This document shows, one piece after another, positions 12,287-25,194 of a stretch of DNA of 64,000 nt. Origin of the DNA: Mobula hypostoma. Taxonomy: Eukaryota. The stretch is taken from assembly GCF_963921235.1 (NCBI RefSeq), contig NC_086097.1:246514001-246578000 (forward strand), in the 5' to 3' direction. Position 1 is the first letter of the stretch. Each line of letters opens with the position of its first letter. The translations under genes were made by a program, and so were the position numbers. The notes beneath the pieces are model-generated. The model did no database searches. It saw only the letters and a program-made list of their open reading frames with translations, and was not told the DNA's origin.

Positions 12287-12322
12287 AGTCGACGTTTCAG
12301 GCCGAGACCCTTCGTCAGGATT
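12287..12322 (-). ncRNA. Minimal type I hammerhead ribozyme, mirror copy with one stem I mismatch
   Basis: Reverse complement reads aauc-CUGACGA-agg(gucucgg)ccu-GAAA-cg-UC-gacu. Confidence 0.75.
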
Positions 12323-13467
12323 AACTGAAGGAAGAGTTAGTAAGAGATTTGAAAGTGGGAGGGGGAGGGGGAGATCCAAAATGATAGGAGAAGACAGGAG
12401 GGGGAGGGATGGAGCCAAGAGCTAGACAGGTGATTGGCAAAGGGGATATGAGAGGATCTTGGGACAGGAGGCCCAGGGAGAAAGACAAAAGGGGGAGGGG
12501 AACCCAGAGGATGGGCAAGGGGTATAGTCAGAGGGACAGAGGGAGAAAAAGGAGAGTGAGAGAAAGAATGTGTGTATAAAAATAAATAACGGATGGGGTA
12601 CGAGGGGGAGGTGGGGCATTAGCGGAAGTTAGAGAAGTCGATGTTCATGCCATCAGGTTGGAGGCTACCCAGATAGAATATAAGGTGTTGTTCCTCCAAC
12701 CTGAGTGTGGCTTCATCTTTACAGTAGAGGAGGCTGTGGATAGACATGTCAGAATGGGAATGGGATGTGGAATTAAAATGTGTGGCCACTGGGAGATCCT
12801 GCTTTCTCTGGCGGACAGAGCGTACCATTTCACGTACATCTGCTCTCACCCATCCTCCCACCACCCCACTAGGAATAGGGTTCCCCTGGTCCTCACCTAC
12901 CACCCCACCAGCCTCTGGGTCCAACATATTATTCTCCATAACTTCCGCCACCTCCAACGGGATCCCACCGCTAAGCACATCTTTCCCTCCCCCCCCTCTC
13001 TGCTTTCCGCAGGGATCGCTCCCTACGCGACTCCCTTGTCCATTCGTCCCCCCCATCCCTTCCCACTGATCTCCCTCCTGGCACTTATCCTTGTAAGCGA
13101 AGCAAGTGCTACACACTTCCTCCCTTACCACCATTCAGGGCCCCAGACAGTCCTTCCAGGTGAGGCGACACTTCACCTGTGAGTCGGCTGGGGTGATATA
13201 CTGCGTCCGATGCTCTCGATGTGGCCTTCTATATATTGGCGAGACCCGACGCAGACTGGGAGACCACTTTGCTGAACACCTACGCTCTGTCCGCCAGAGA
13301 AAGCAGGATCTCCCAGTGGCCACACACTTTAATTCCTCTCATATCCCCTTTGCCAATCACCTGTCCAGCTCTTGGCTCCATCCCTCCCCCTCCTGTCTTC
13401 TCCTATCATTTTGGATCTCCCCCTCCCCCTCCCACTTTCAAATATCTTACTAACTCTTCCTTCAGTT

Positions 13468-13503
13468 AGTCCTGACGAAGGGTCTCGGCCTGAAACGTCG
13501 ACT
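13468..13503 (+). ncRNA. Minimal type I hammerhead ribozyme in the PLE pseudo-LTR
   Basis: agtc-CUGACGA-agg(gucucgg)ccu-GAAA-cg-UC-gacu. Both conserved boxes are intact, stem I is AGUC/GACU, helix III is the palindromic ACGU, and the predicted cleavage is after C13499. Confidence 0.8.
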
Positions 13504-14224
13504 GTACCTCTTCCTAGAGATGCTGCCTGGCCTGCTGCGTTCACCAGCAACTTTGATGTGTGTTGCTACAACAAGTACTGCGCTGTAATATTCCAAATAC
13601 CATTGATATACCAAGGAAGGCAAAGAGTTTGAATTTCTTTCACTTTCATAAGCTCAGGTTCTTTCCTACGCTAACCCTGGCTCCTTTTCCCTTCAAAATT
13701 CACCTGGCTGGAGTTTACTTTATTTCTAAAGGGCCTCTTCATTTAAAGACTGCATTAACACAATGAAAAGGGTTAAATTGAGATTATGTTCACTCCTGGT
13801 GAAAGAATCAAGGGCTCCTAAATAATGTACAAGAAAGTGCTGATTTTAGAGAGGGAGGCGTCAATGAGAAGAGGAATCCAGCAATATAGAATTGCTTCTA
13901 TAAAGAAGGGAATGGCCCTGAAATGCAATGCTCTCTGATTTTTTTTAAACAGCTGTGTGGACCAACCACTGCTCTGAGCAGGAATTTTTTTTGCCCCCCC
14001 CACCCCAAAAACTGCATGGCTCTTCAAATTGACATCATATAAAAGAAAATTACAGCTGCATGGTAACAAAGGTCAAGTGCATGGGAGCATTTCAGTTACT
14101 GTGCGGGTGAGCACCCGTGCAGCTTAGAGGGAATAGCACTGAAAGACAAGTGTCTTGGCGACAATGGAAGCATCTGTGAAGGAATCACTTCATTATGAAA
14201 TAAAACATGGGTTGGAGAACTATA

Positions 14225-14535
14225 CATAGAACATGACAGCACAGTACTGGCCACTCGGCCCATGACATTGTACCGACCTTTTAACCTATTCTAAGGTCAA
14301 TCTAACCCTTCCCTCCTACATACATAGTGCTCCATATTTCTATCATCCTTCACTATCTAATAGTTTCTTTAATGTCCCTAATGTATCTGCCTCTACCACC
14401 ACCCATGGCACGCACCATTCTCTGTGTCAAAATCACCTCTGACATCTCCCCCTATACTTTCATTCAATCAACGTGAAATTGTCTCCCCACCCCTTGCGTT
14501 AGCCACTTCCACCCTGGGAAAAAGGGTCTAGCTAT
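14225..14535 (-). mobile_element. CR1 LINE 3' fragment
   Basis: Similar to the 3' ends of the longer CR1 copies (cacgcaccattctctgtgtcaaaa..ctctgacatctcccctatac; catagaacat tail). Confidence 0.7.
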
Positions 14536-15520
14536 TCAAAGCTCTGTAAAGAGGCTTTGTGAAAGAGTTGATTCTAATCTGAATGGTGTGAGGTGAGATA
14601 CAGGACAATTCTTCATTAGACAGAAGTTTCTTTCCCCCTCAAGTAAAGAGCTTTGGATGGCAATCTCCATTGACAACTACTGTGAATTTTGTACTTACTG
14701 TTGTTTAGTGGGCAACACAGAGGAGCTCAGAAAGCTAAAAAAACAACGTGAATATTAATATCTAATCTAAAACCACATCTGTGCTGTTTCAACAGAGCAG
14801 GGAAGCCAATAAGGTTCTGATTAAGATGTCTGAATTCCCTACATCTGTTGTACCACATGCATACAAAGAACAATTTTGAAAGAGGAAACTGAATTTGTAA
14901 ATTTTAGAAATCTTTAAATATGAACTCACTCTGTGTGTTAAATATGGAAACCTCTTTTCATGCTGTTATAAAAATGCAAGTATGGAAATTGATTTTCACC
15001 TCTGTACGTTTGTTTAAAATCCAAGTTCACTGAGTCTGAATGACCAGGCTGGATTATCAGGACTACAATCAGAACAGTATTTAGAGAGGTGCTGTGATCA
15101 CTGACATGGCAAATGATTTGAAAGCACAATACAAGTTCAAAGTTAAAAGTTCGAAATGAACTTATTATCCAAGTACATCTATGTCATCATGTGCTACCCT
15201 AAGATTCATTTCCTCGCAGGTGTTCAGAGTAGAATAAAGACATACAATGGAAGCAATGAAAAACTACACACAATGATAGACTGACTTGATACATACGTGT
15301 TTGTATTGTTTAATTACCAGGCACTTTTTAAATAAAAATTTAGTTGTGTTGTTGTTCTTTTTAAAAAAAAATACACTCAAGAAGTCTGCAGAAATCACAA
15401 GTGCACTTCACTTACACCGATCAATTTCACCCGCCACAAACACAGGAGATTCTGCAGATGCTGGAAATCTTGAGCAGTACACAAAAAATGCTGGAGGAAC
15501 TCAGCAGATCAGGCAGCAGT

Positions 15521-18500
15521 TATAGAAACAGAGAAACATAGAAAACCTACAGCACAATACAGGCCCTTCAGCCCACAAAGTTGTGCCAAACATGTCCCTA
15601 CCTTAGAAATTACTAGGCTTACCCATAGCCCTCTATTTTTCTAAGCTCCATGTACCTATCAAAAAGTCTCTTAAAAGACCCTGTCGTATCCACCTCCACC
15701 ACCATTGCCGGCAGCCCATTCCACGCACTCACCACTCTCTGCGTAAAAAACTTACCCCTGACATCTCCTCTGTACCTATCCCCCAGCATCTTAAACCCGT
15801 GTCCTCTTGTGGCAACCATTTCATCCCTGGGAAAAAGCCTCTGACTATCCACACCATCAATGCCTCTCATCATCTTATCTCTATCAGGACACCTCTCATC
15901 CTCTGTCGCTTCAAGGAGAAAAGGATGAGTTCACTCAACCTGTTTTCATAAGGCATGCTCACCAATCCAGGCAACATCCTTGTAAATCTCCTCTGCATCC
16001 TTTCTATGGCTTCCACATCCTTCCTGTAGTGAGGCGACCAGAACTGAGCACAGTACTTCAAGTGGGGTCTGACCAGGGTCCTATATAGCTGCAACATTAC
16101 CTCTCGGCTCCTCAATTCAATTCCACGATTAATGAAGGCCAATACACCGAATGCCTTCTTAACCACAGAGTCAACCTGCGCAGCTGCTTTGAGCATCCTA
16201 TGGACTCAGACCCTACGATCCCTCTAACCCTCCACACTGCCAAGAGTCTTACCATTAATACTATATTCTGCCATCATTTGTGACCAACCAAAATGAACGA
16301 CTTCACACTTATCTGGGTTGAATTCCATCTGCCACTTCTCAGCCCAGTTTTGCATCCTATCATTGTCCTGCTGTAACCTTGGACAACCCATCCCTCCATT
16401 TCCTCATCCAGGTCATTTATAAAAATCCCGAAGAGTAAGGGTCCCAGAACAGATCCCTGAGGCACACCACTGGTCACTGACCTCCATGTAGAATATGACC
16501 CATCTACAATGACTCATTGCCTTCTGTGGGCAAGCCAGTTCTGGATCCACAATGCAATGTCCCCTTGGATCCCATGCCTCCTTACTTTCTCAATAAGCCT
16601 TGCACGGGGTTCCTTATCAAATGCCTTGCTGAAATACATATATACTACATCTACTGCTCTTCCTTCATCAATGTGTTTACTCACATCCTCAAAAATTTCA
16701 ATCAGGCTCGTAAGACATGACCTGCCCTTGACAAAGCCATGCTGACTATTCCTAATCATATTATACGTCTCTAAATGTTCATAAATCCTGCCTCTCGGGA
16801 TCTTCTCCATCAACTTACCAACCACTGAAGTAAGATTCACTGGTCTATAATTTCCTGGGCTATCCCTACTCCCTTTCTTGAATAAAGGAACAACATCCGC
16901 AACCCTCCAATCCTCCGGAACCTCTACCGTCCCCACTGATGATTCAAAGATCATTACCAGAGGCTCGGCAATCTCCTCCCTCACCTCCCATTGTAGCCTG
17001 GGGTACATTTCATCTGGTCCTGGCGACTTATCCAACTTGATGCTTTCCAAAAGCTCCAGCACATCCTCTTTCTTAATATCTACATGCTCAAGCTTTTCAG
17101 TCTGTTGCAAGTCAGCACTACAATCACCAAGATCCTTTTCCATAGTGAATACTGAAATAAAGTATTCATTAAGTACCTTTGCTATTTCTTCCGGTTCCAT
17201 ACACACTTTCCCACTGTCACACTTAATAAGTCCTATTCTTTCATGTCTTATCCTCTTGCTCTTCACATACCTGTAGAATGCCTTGGGGTTTTCCTTAATC
17301 CTGCTCGTCAAGACCTTGTCATGGTCCCTTCTGGCTCTCCTAATTTCCTTTTTAATCTCCTTCCTGTTAGCCTTATAACATTCTAGATCTCTAACATTAC
17401 CTAGCTCTCTGAACCTTTTGTAAGCTTTTCTTTTCTTCTTGACTAGATTTATTACAGCCTTTGTACACCACAGTTCCTGTACCCTACCATAACTTCCCTG
17501 TCTCATTGCAACGTACCTATGCAGAACTCCACACAAATATCCCCTGAACATTTGCCACATTTCTTCCGTACTTTTCCCTGAGAACATCTGTTCCCAATTT
17601 AAGCTTCCAATTTCCTGCTTGATAGCCTCATAATTCCTCTTACTCCAATTAACCGCTTTTCTAACTTGTCGGTTCCTATCTCTGTCCAATGCTATTGTAA
17701 AGGAGATAGAATTATGATCACTATCTCCAAAATGCTCTCCCACTGAGAGATCTGACATCTGACCAGGTTCATTTCCCAATACCAAATCAAGTACAGTCTC
17801 TTCTCTTGTAGGCTTATCTACATATTGTGTCAAGAAACCTTCCTAAACACACCTAACAAAGTCCACCCCATCTAAACCCCTTGCTCTAGGAAGATTCCAA
17901 TCGATATTTGGGAAATTAAAATATCCCATCACGACAACTCTGTTATAATTACACATTTCCAGGATCTGTTTCCCTATCTGCTCCTTGATATCCCTGTTAC
18001 TACTGGGCAGCCTATAAAAAACAGCCAGTAAAGTCATTGACCTCTTCCTGCTCCTAACCTCCACCCGCAGAGACTCCGTAGACAATCCTTCCATGATGTC
18101 CACCTTTTCTGCAGCCGTGACACTATCTCTGATCAACAGTGCCACGCCCCCACCTCTTTTGCCTCCATCCTTGTCCCTGAGCCATCCAAGTCTCTGTAAT
18201 GGCCACCACATCATAGCTCCAAGTACTGATCCATGCTCTAAGCTCATCTGCTTTGTTCACAATACTCCTTGCATTAAAATAGACACATCTCAAACCATCC
18301 ATCCGAGCACATCTCTTCTCTATCACTTGCCTATCCTCCCTCACATATTGTCTCCAAGCTTTCTCTATTTGTGAGCCAACCGCCTCTTCCCCAGTCTCTT
18401 CAGTTCAGTTCCCACATCCCAACAATTCTAGTTTAAACTCTCCCCAGTAGTCTTAGCAAACCTCCCTGCCAGGATATTGGTCCCCTGGGATTCAAGTGCA

Positions 18501-18660
18501 ACCCGTCCTTTTTGTACAGGTCACACCTGCCTCAAAAGAGGTCCCAATGATCCAGAAATCTGAATCCCTGCTCCCTGCTCCAATCCCTCAGCCACGCATT
18601 TATCCTCCACCTCATCCTATTCCTATACTCTCTGTTATGTGGCACAGGCAGTAATCCCAT
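15521..18660 (-). mobile_element. CR1 LINE, most of ORF2 (APE + RT), inactivated
   Basis: [70 protein letters not shown]. (tttctatg)n-type tail. It splits a PLE-derived short element (15440-15520 and 18660-18715). Confidence 0.93.
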
Positions 18661-19319
18661 CACGGAGGGGAATAAACAGTCACTGTTTTGGGCCAAGACT
18701 TTTCATTAAGACTAGCCCACTTTTGTTTTACCCAATAATATATTTAATTATTTATTTGGTTAATTTCACTAATTTTCACTTGTATTTTTTTCAATATTTT
18801 GTTTACAGAGGAATTTTCTTCTTATTCCTAAATTATAAATAGTTTGCATCTTTTGAAGAGGTTTGTAAACTCAGCTAGCCTCATTATAGACACAATCTTT
18901 CTACTATCAAGGGCATTTTCAAGAAATGATGAGTTAAGAAGTTGACATCCATCACTAAGGACGGGGATATGACCACTTCTCAATACTACCACCAGGGAGG
19001 ACTGAACATCCACACACAATGATTCAATAACATATTCTTCCCCCCCAACATCAGATGTTGAAAGGTCCATGAACATTATCTCATTATTCAATTTTTTTAC
19101 TAGTTATTTATTTTGCATTTTATGGTAATTTTATGTTTTGCACTGTTACTGCTACCACAAAACAAATACCGCTCCCACCTACTTATTCTGCCTTCCTTCC
19201 CCTTCCTTTCCAATCCTGTTGAAGGGTCTCGGCCTGAAATGTTGACTGTTCACTCCCAACCATAGATGTTGCCTTTCCTGCTGGTTCTCCCAGCATTTTG
19301 TGTGGGTTGTTCAAGATTT

Positions 19320-22300
19320 GAGTCCTGGGTATGACTTTAAACTGCAACTGGTGATGAGGCTCTGACTGGGGACGTTCAGAGCTTTTGGGAAAGTGCAGTT
19401 ATCCCTTAGTCATTCCAGGGCCGCTCTGACCCGGAACAGTAGCACCTGCAAGGGTTCCTGCTCAGGATACGAGTGAAGGCCAACGGCAGATCTGGCAGGT
19501 TCAGTAACTGAACTTATGACGGAGAAGGTGGATGAGCTAGGAGCTCAAATGTCAATGGCTATAGTACAGGCGGATGAACATTTGGGAAGAGAAATGGTGA
19601 TTTCTTTAGATCGCCCAACGGTAGGCAACAGCAAACCACCGTTGCTAGATACTAGGTTTCCTAGAATCTATTTGCTAAGAAACTATGGTCAAACTCACAA
19701 AATGTGTCACACAACAACATTGTCAAGAGGATCTTCAAGACAATTCTGAAGATGCTTCGCTTGGTAGGGTTGATTCTGGCCAGCAGGGGATCCCCGTCAT
19801 CAAGCTACTGCTCATAAAATTCAAGTAATTCAAAAGAAAATTACTGCCACTTGGAATGTAAGAACCCTATATCAAGCAGGAATATTGGACAATGTGATAA
19901 ACGAAATGGAAAGAATAAAGATTAACATCATGGGAATTAGTGAAGTTCGTTGGATAGGTGCTGGAACATGTCAGAATAGAAATAAAACACCAATTTATTC
20001 TTGTGGAACATCTCATACTAATGGAGTAGGAATTCTTATGGATGAAAACATGACAAAAGTGTTTTAGGACATTGGGCAATATCAGAAAGAGTGCTCCTTG
20101 TTAGATTCAGAGGACAACCATTTGATTTAGCAATTATACAGGTATATGCACCAACAACAGATGGAACAAATGAGGATATAGATAAATTCTATGAAGAGCT
20201 TGAACAAGCAAAGAATGGATGCAAATCTCAAGATATTGTTATTGTCATGGGAGATCTAAATGCTAAAGTAGGACAAGGTTCTGATGGCAATACCATAGGA
20301 AAATTTGCACTAGGGGAAAGAAACAAAAGAGGTAAGAAATGGGTAGAATGGTGCAAAATGAATAATCAGGTCATTATGAATACCTACTTTAAAAACCATC
20401 CAAGACGCTTGTGGACCTGGAAAAGTCCAGGTGATAACACTGGAAATCAAATTGACTTTATTACTATAAACCAAAGATTTAGAAACTCAGTGACTCAATG
20501 CAAAACATATCCAGGTGCAAACTGTAATAGTGACCATAACCCAGTAGTATGTCATGTAAAAGTAAAACTTAAAAAACTAAAGAAGCAAAAACCCAAACAA
20601 TCCCTTGACTACTCGCAATTAATTAAAGAAGAAAACTTAAGACAAAAATGTACAATTGAAGTAAGGAATAGATTTCAAAGTCTAGAAATAGAATCTGTTA
20701 AAGATGATAGCAATCATGTAGAAATGAAATTTAACTCTCTAAAGGAAGCCTTGGTAGAATCAGCAAAGTCAGTGATTCCTAAGAAAGAAAAAAGCACAAA
20801 GAATAAATGGATGACAGATGAAATCAAAAATCTGATGGAAGAAAGGAGACAGAAGAAAGCAAATCCTATAGAATGTAAGTCCTTAGATAAAAAAGTTAAA
20901 AGCTTATGTCAAAAAGCCAAAGAAGAATGGTTAAACGAGGAATGTGAGCAAATAGAAAGAATCCCTATTACTGATCCAAAAAGGTTACATCAACAAATCA
21001 AGAATATCACTGGTAAAAAGCTCCTCTGTTCTTCAAGTGGATGTTTGAAAGCAAAGGACGGTACCATTATCATGGAAAAAGATGAGATTATGAACAGATG
21101 GACTGAGTATATCCAGGAATTGTTTGAAGACGATCGAAGCAAAAAACTAGAAATTAAGAAGAAAGTTGAAGGTCCAAGTATTTTTAAAAACTGAAGTTCG
21201 TAATGCAATAAATAAGATGAAGAAAGGAAAGGCGGCAGGTCCTGATGAATTAGTAATAGAACAACTTATCACCCTTGAAGATTATGGAATTGAAAAACTT
21301 ACTGATTTAATCAATGACATTTATGAGACTGGAATAATACCAGAAGAGATGAAAAAATCAGTACTTATCACTCTTCCTAAGAAACCTGGAGCAATAGAAT
21401 TTGAATTACATAGGACCATAAGTTTAATGAGTCAGATCACCAAGATACTTCTAAGAATTTTGATGACAAGAGCTAAAAGTAAGATACAAGCTGAAATAAG
21501 TAAAGAACAATGTGGTTTTGTGAAAGACAACGGTACAAGAAACACAATATTGATGTTAAGGATACTATCAGAACGAGCTATTCAAGTGCAAAAAGATTTG
21601 TTTGTTTGTTTTATCGAATACATAAAAGCACTTGATAAAGTGAAGCACAATAAGTTATTTGAAATATTACAGAAAACTCCAATCTAGATTCAAAAGACCT
21701 CCGCCGAATTAGAAATCTGTACTGGAAACAAACTGCTGCTGTAAGAATAGATGGAGAAGTGATTCAGTTTACGAAAATCAAGAGAGGCGTTAGACAAGAG
21801 TGCATTTTCTCCCCTGTGTTATTTGCAAGTACGGAGGAAGAACTACAAAACTTAATTGATATAATTGTTGAAGAAAGTGCAAAAATGGGTCTATCTATCA
21901 ATTGCAAAAAGACAGAATGTATGGTGATATCCAAAAAGAAGGAGAATCCTATCTGCAGGCTGACGATAAACGGGGAAGACATAAAACAAGTACAGAACTT
22001 TTGCTACTTAGGAAGCTGGGTGACATCAGATGACAGGTGCGACATGGACATCAAAAGAAGAATAGGGATGGCAAAAGACACCTTTACGAGAATGAAGAGT
22101 ACACTGACCAACACTAAACTAGGCATGACAACCCACCTCATAGTACTGAAATGTTACGTTTATCCAGTTATGTTTTATGGCTCAGAATATTGGACAATAT
22201 CTAGTAACATGAATAAATGAAGTGTAACAGCAGTGATGTGGTTTTTGAGGAGGATGCATAGAATATCATGGATGAAACGAATATCTAACGAGGATGTCAT

Positions 22301-22589
22301 GAATAGAGCAAATACAAAAAGAGAAATAATGTATCAGATCATGAAAAGGCAACGTAACTTCATTGGACACGTGATTAGGAAAGAGGAGCTGGAATGCACG
22401 GTAATTATGGGAAAGATTGAAGGGAAGAAAGCAAGAGGAAGACAAAGACAAATGATGATGGAGGCAGCAGCTAGAAAACTGGAAATGAATACCAATGAAT
22501 TGATCCACTTGACCCGAAACAGGAGTGTGTGGGCCGTGGCAGTCAAAGCTCAGACTGGGCATGGTACCTGATGATGATAATGATGATGA
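19320..22589 (+). mobile_element. Full-length RTE-clade LINE (5' UTR, APE, RT), inactivated
   Basis: ATWNVRTL, GISEVRW, QVYAPT, MGDLNAKVG, SDH, GVRQ.C..SP.LF, FCYLGS. (TGA)n tail. Exact 12-bp TSD tgttcaagattt (19308-19319, 22590-22601). Inserted into a PLE-derived short element. Confidence 0.93.
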
Positions 22590-22764
22590 TGTTCAAGATT
22601 TCCAGCATTTGCAGAATCTCTGGAGTCTAAAGTGTCACATCATATAAGACAGTGAATATAACCCTTCATCACATTGCCTAGTTTTGGGCAGTTCCTTGCA
22701 TAACCTTCCATTGTCAGGGACCCCTGCCATCCAGGTCATCTCTCTTCTCACAGGCCACCAAATG

Positions 22765-23685
22765 TGTCATAGGCTGAATCAAAAATGGTGACAAATCAGC
22801 ATATGGGAGGGAGATTGAAAATCTGGCTGAGTGGTGCCACAACCTCTCATTCAATGTCAGCAAGACCAAGGAGCCAATTATTGACTTCAGGAGAAGGAAA
22901 CCGGAGGTCCATGAGCCAATCTTCATTGGAGGATCAGAGGGTCAGCAACTTTAAACTCCACAGTGTTATTACTCTGAGGATCTGCCCTGGACCCAGCACA
23001 CAAGTGCAATTACGAAGAAAGCATGGCAGCACCTTTACTTCCCTAGAGGACTGCGAAGATTTGACATGACATCTAAAACTTTGAAAAGCTTCAATAAATG
23101 CGTAGTGGAGTGCATAGTGCATATTGACAGGTTGCATCGCAGCCTGGTATGGAAACACCAATACCCTTGAATGGAAAAACTTACAAAAGTAGTGGATATA
23201 GTTCAGTCCCTCACAGGTAAAGTCCTCCCTATCATTGAGCACATCTACACAGAACATTGTCGCAGAAAAGCAACAGCCATCATCAAGGACCCCCACCACC
23301 AATATCTAAAAAAGAGTCATGGTCTCTTCCCACTGCTGCCATCAGAAAGAAGGTACCAGATTCGCAGGATTCACCACCAAGTTCACAAACAGTTGTTATC
23401 CCTCAACCATCAGGCTCTGGAACCTGAACTTCATTTGTCCCATCACAGGACTGTTCCCACAACCTACAAATTCACTTTCAAGGGCTCTCCATCTCATGAT
23501 CTCAATATTTATTCTTATTTATTATTATTGTTTCCTTCCTTTTTGTATTTTCACAGTTTGTGTCTTTTGCACACTGTTTGTCTGTCTTCCATTGATTCTA
23601 TTATGGTTATTGGATTTGAGTATGCCCACAAGAAAATGAATCTCCAGGTAGTGTATAGTGACATATACGTACTTGGATAATAATT
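22765..23685 (+). mobile_element. Rex1/Babar-type LINE 3' fragment
   Basis: Decayed RT C-terminus (LTGCI.AWYG; IEHIYTEHCRRKATAIIKDPHH; LFPLLPS) plus the family 3' UTR. Confidence 0.75.
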
Positions 23686-24440
23686 TCACTTCAATAACCA
23701 TAAAAACCAAGTTAGGTCATCTCCTTTCCAAAGGAACTGTATTGTACTTCACATACATCCATCAGTATATAAAAAATAAAGCAACAGTCAATTGTTGCAA
23801 TCTTAATATTCAGAAAAACTGCAGATTACTTTCAGCAACCTCAGCAGAGAAAAGCTAGTAATTATATTGTGTGTATGTAGCACAATGTTTATGTTACGAG
23901 TCTAGTAAACCCGAGTCACAAGTTCAAATCTTACAAGGGCAGCTTACAATTCAGTTACTTCCATACATCTGAATATAATATATCACCATTAATGTTGATC
24001 GTGAAACCACAAAGCCCTTGTAAAATCCATCTGGTACACTGATGTCCTTGAGGGAAGGAAATCTGCTGTCCTCCCCAGTCTGGTCTATGTGTGTCTCCAG
24101 ACCCACAGCAATACTGTTGACTCTTTACATATCCTCTGAACTGGCTAGAAACTGCCATGTTCAAGGATGACATAGGGTAATAAAATATCCCACAACACAA
24201 CGAAAAGCAGCTCAGCTGGAAACCAGAGTAGATGTGCCACATTATTTGCCTATCTCTGTGGGGAAGTTACATAGTTCTGGTTCATTTTTTAAATAAGACG
24301 TTGGTTTTATTAAAATGATTCATCAGTTAAACCATAGGCACAGATTTAAGAGTACAAAAGTACTTGAAGAATAATCTCACACTGTAATGTAACATGAATT
24401 AAAAGTCTAATTTGGTGAAATCAGCACATATAGTGAGCAA

Positions 24441-25134
24441 AAATGGGTCTATCTATCAATTGCAAAAAGACAGAATGTATGGTGATAACCAAAAGGAAGG
24501 AGAATCCTATCTACAGGCTGAGAATAAATGGGGAAGACATAAAACAAGTACATTACTTTTGCTACTTAGGAAGCTGGGTGATATCAGATGGCAAGTGTGA
24601 CATGGACATCAGAAGAAGAATAGGGATGGCAAAAGGCACCTTTACAAGAATGAAGAGTATACTGACTAATACTAAACTAGGCATGACAACCCACCTCAGA
24701 GCACTGAAATGTTACATTTATCCAGTTATGTTTTATGGCTCAGAATGTGGGACGATATCTAGAAACATGAGGAAACGAACTGTAGCAGCAGAGATGTGGT
24801 TTTTGCCGAGGATGCAAAGAATATCATGGATGAAATGAATATCTAACAAGGATGTCATGAACAGAGTAAACACAAAAAGAGAAATAATGTATGAGATCAT
24901 GAAAAGGCAACGTAACTTCATTGGACACGTGATTAGGAAAGAGGAGTTAGGATGCATGGTAATTATGGGAAAGATTGAAGGGAAGAAAGCAAGACGAAGA
25001 CAAAGACAAATGATGATGGAGACAGCAGCCAGAGAACTGGAAATAAATACCAATGAATTGATCCACTTGACCCAAAACAGGAGTGTGTGGGCCATAGCAG
25101 TCAAAGCTCAAGCTGGGCATGGCACCTGATGATG
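24441..25134 (+). mobile_element. 5'-truncated RTE copy of the same family as 19320-22589
   Basis: Near-identical to 21880-22580. (TGA)n tail. 11-bp TSD atagtgagcaa (24430-24440, 25135-25145). Confidence 0.92.
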
Positions 25135-25194
25135 ATAGTGAGCAAGGTTTTACAGGTTCACAATATTTTTACAGACACAAAAACACAACATAAT

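Larger units (their letters stand above)
12186..13567. mobile_element. Penelope-like element in inverted arrangement with a GIY-YIG endonuclease remnant
   Basis: GIY-YIG motif GVIYCVRCSRCGLLYIGETRRRL..HFAEH on + (ORF 13106..13453). ORF C-terminus EEQHLIF.LGSLQPDGMN on -. 234-bp inverted pseudo-LTRs at 12223-12456 and 13334-13567. 37-bp tail at 12186-12222. 11-bp TSD acaacaagtac (12175-12185, 13568-13578). Confidence 0.93.
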
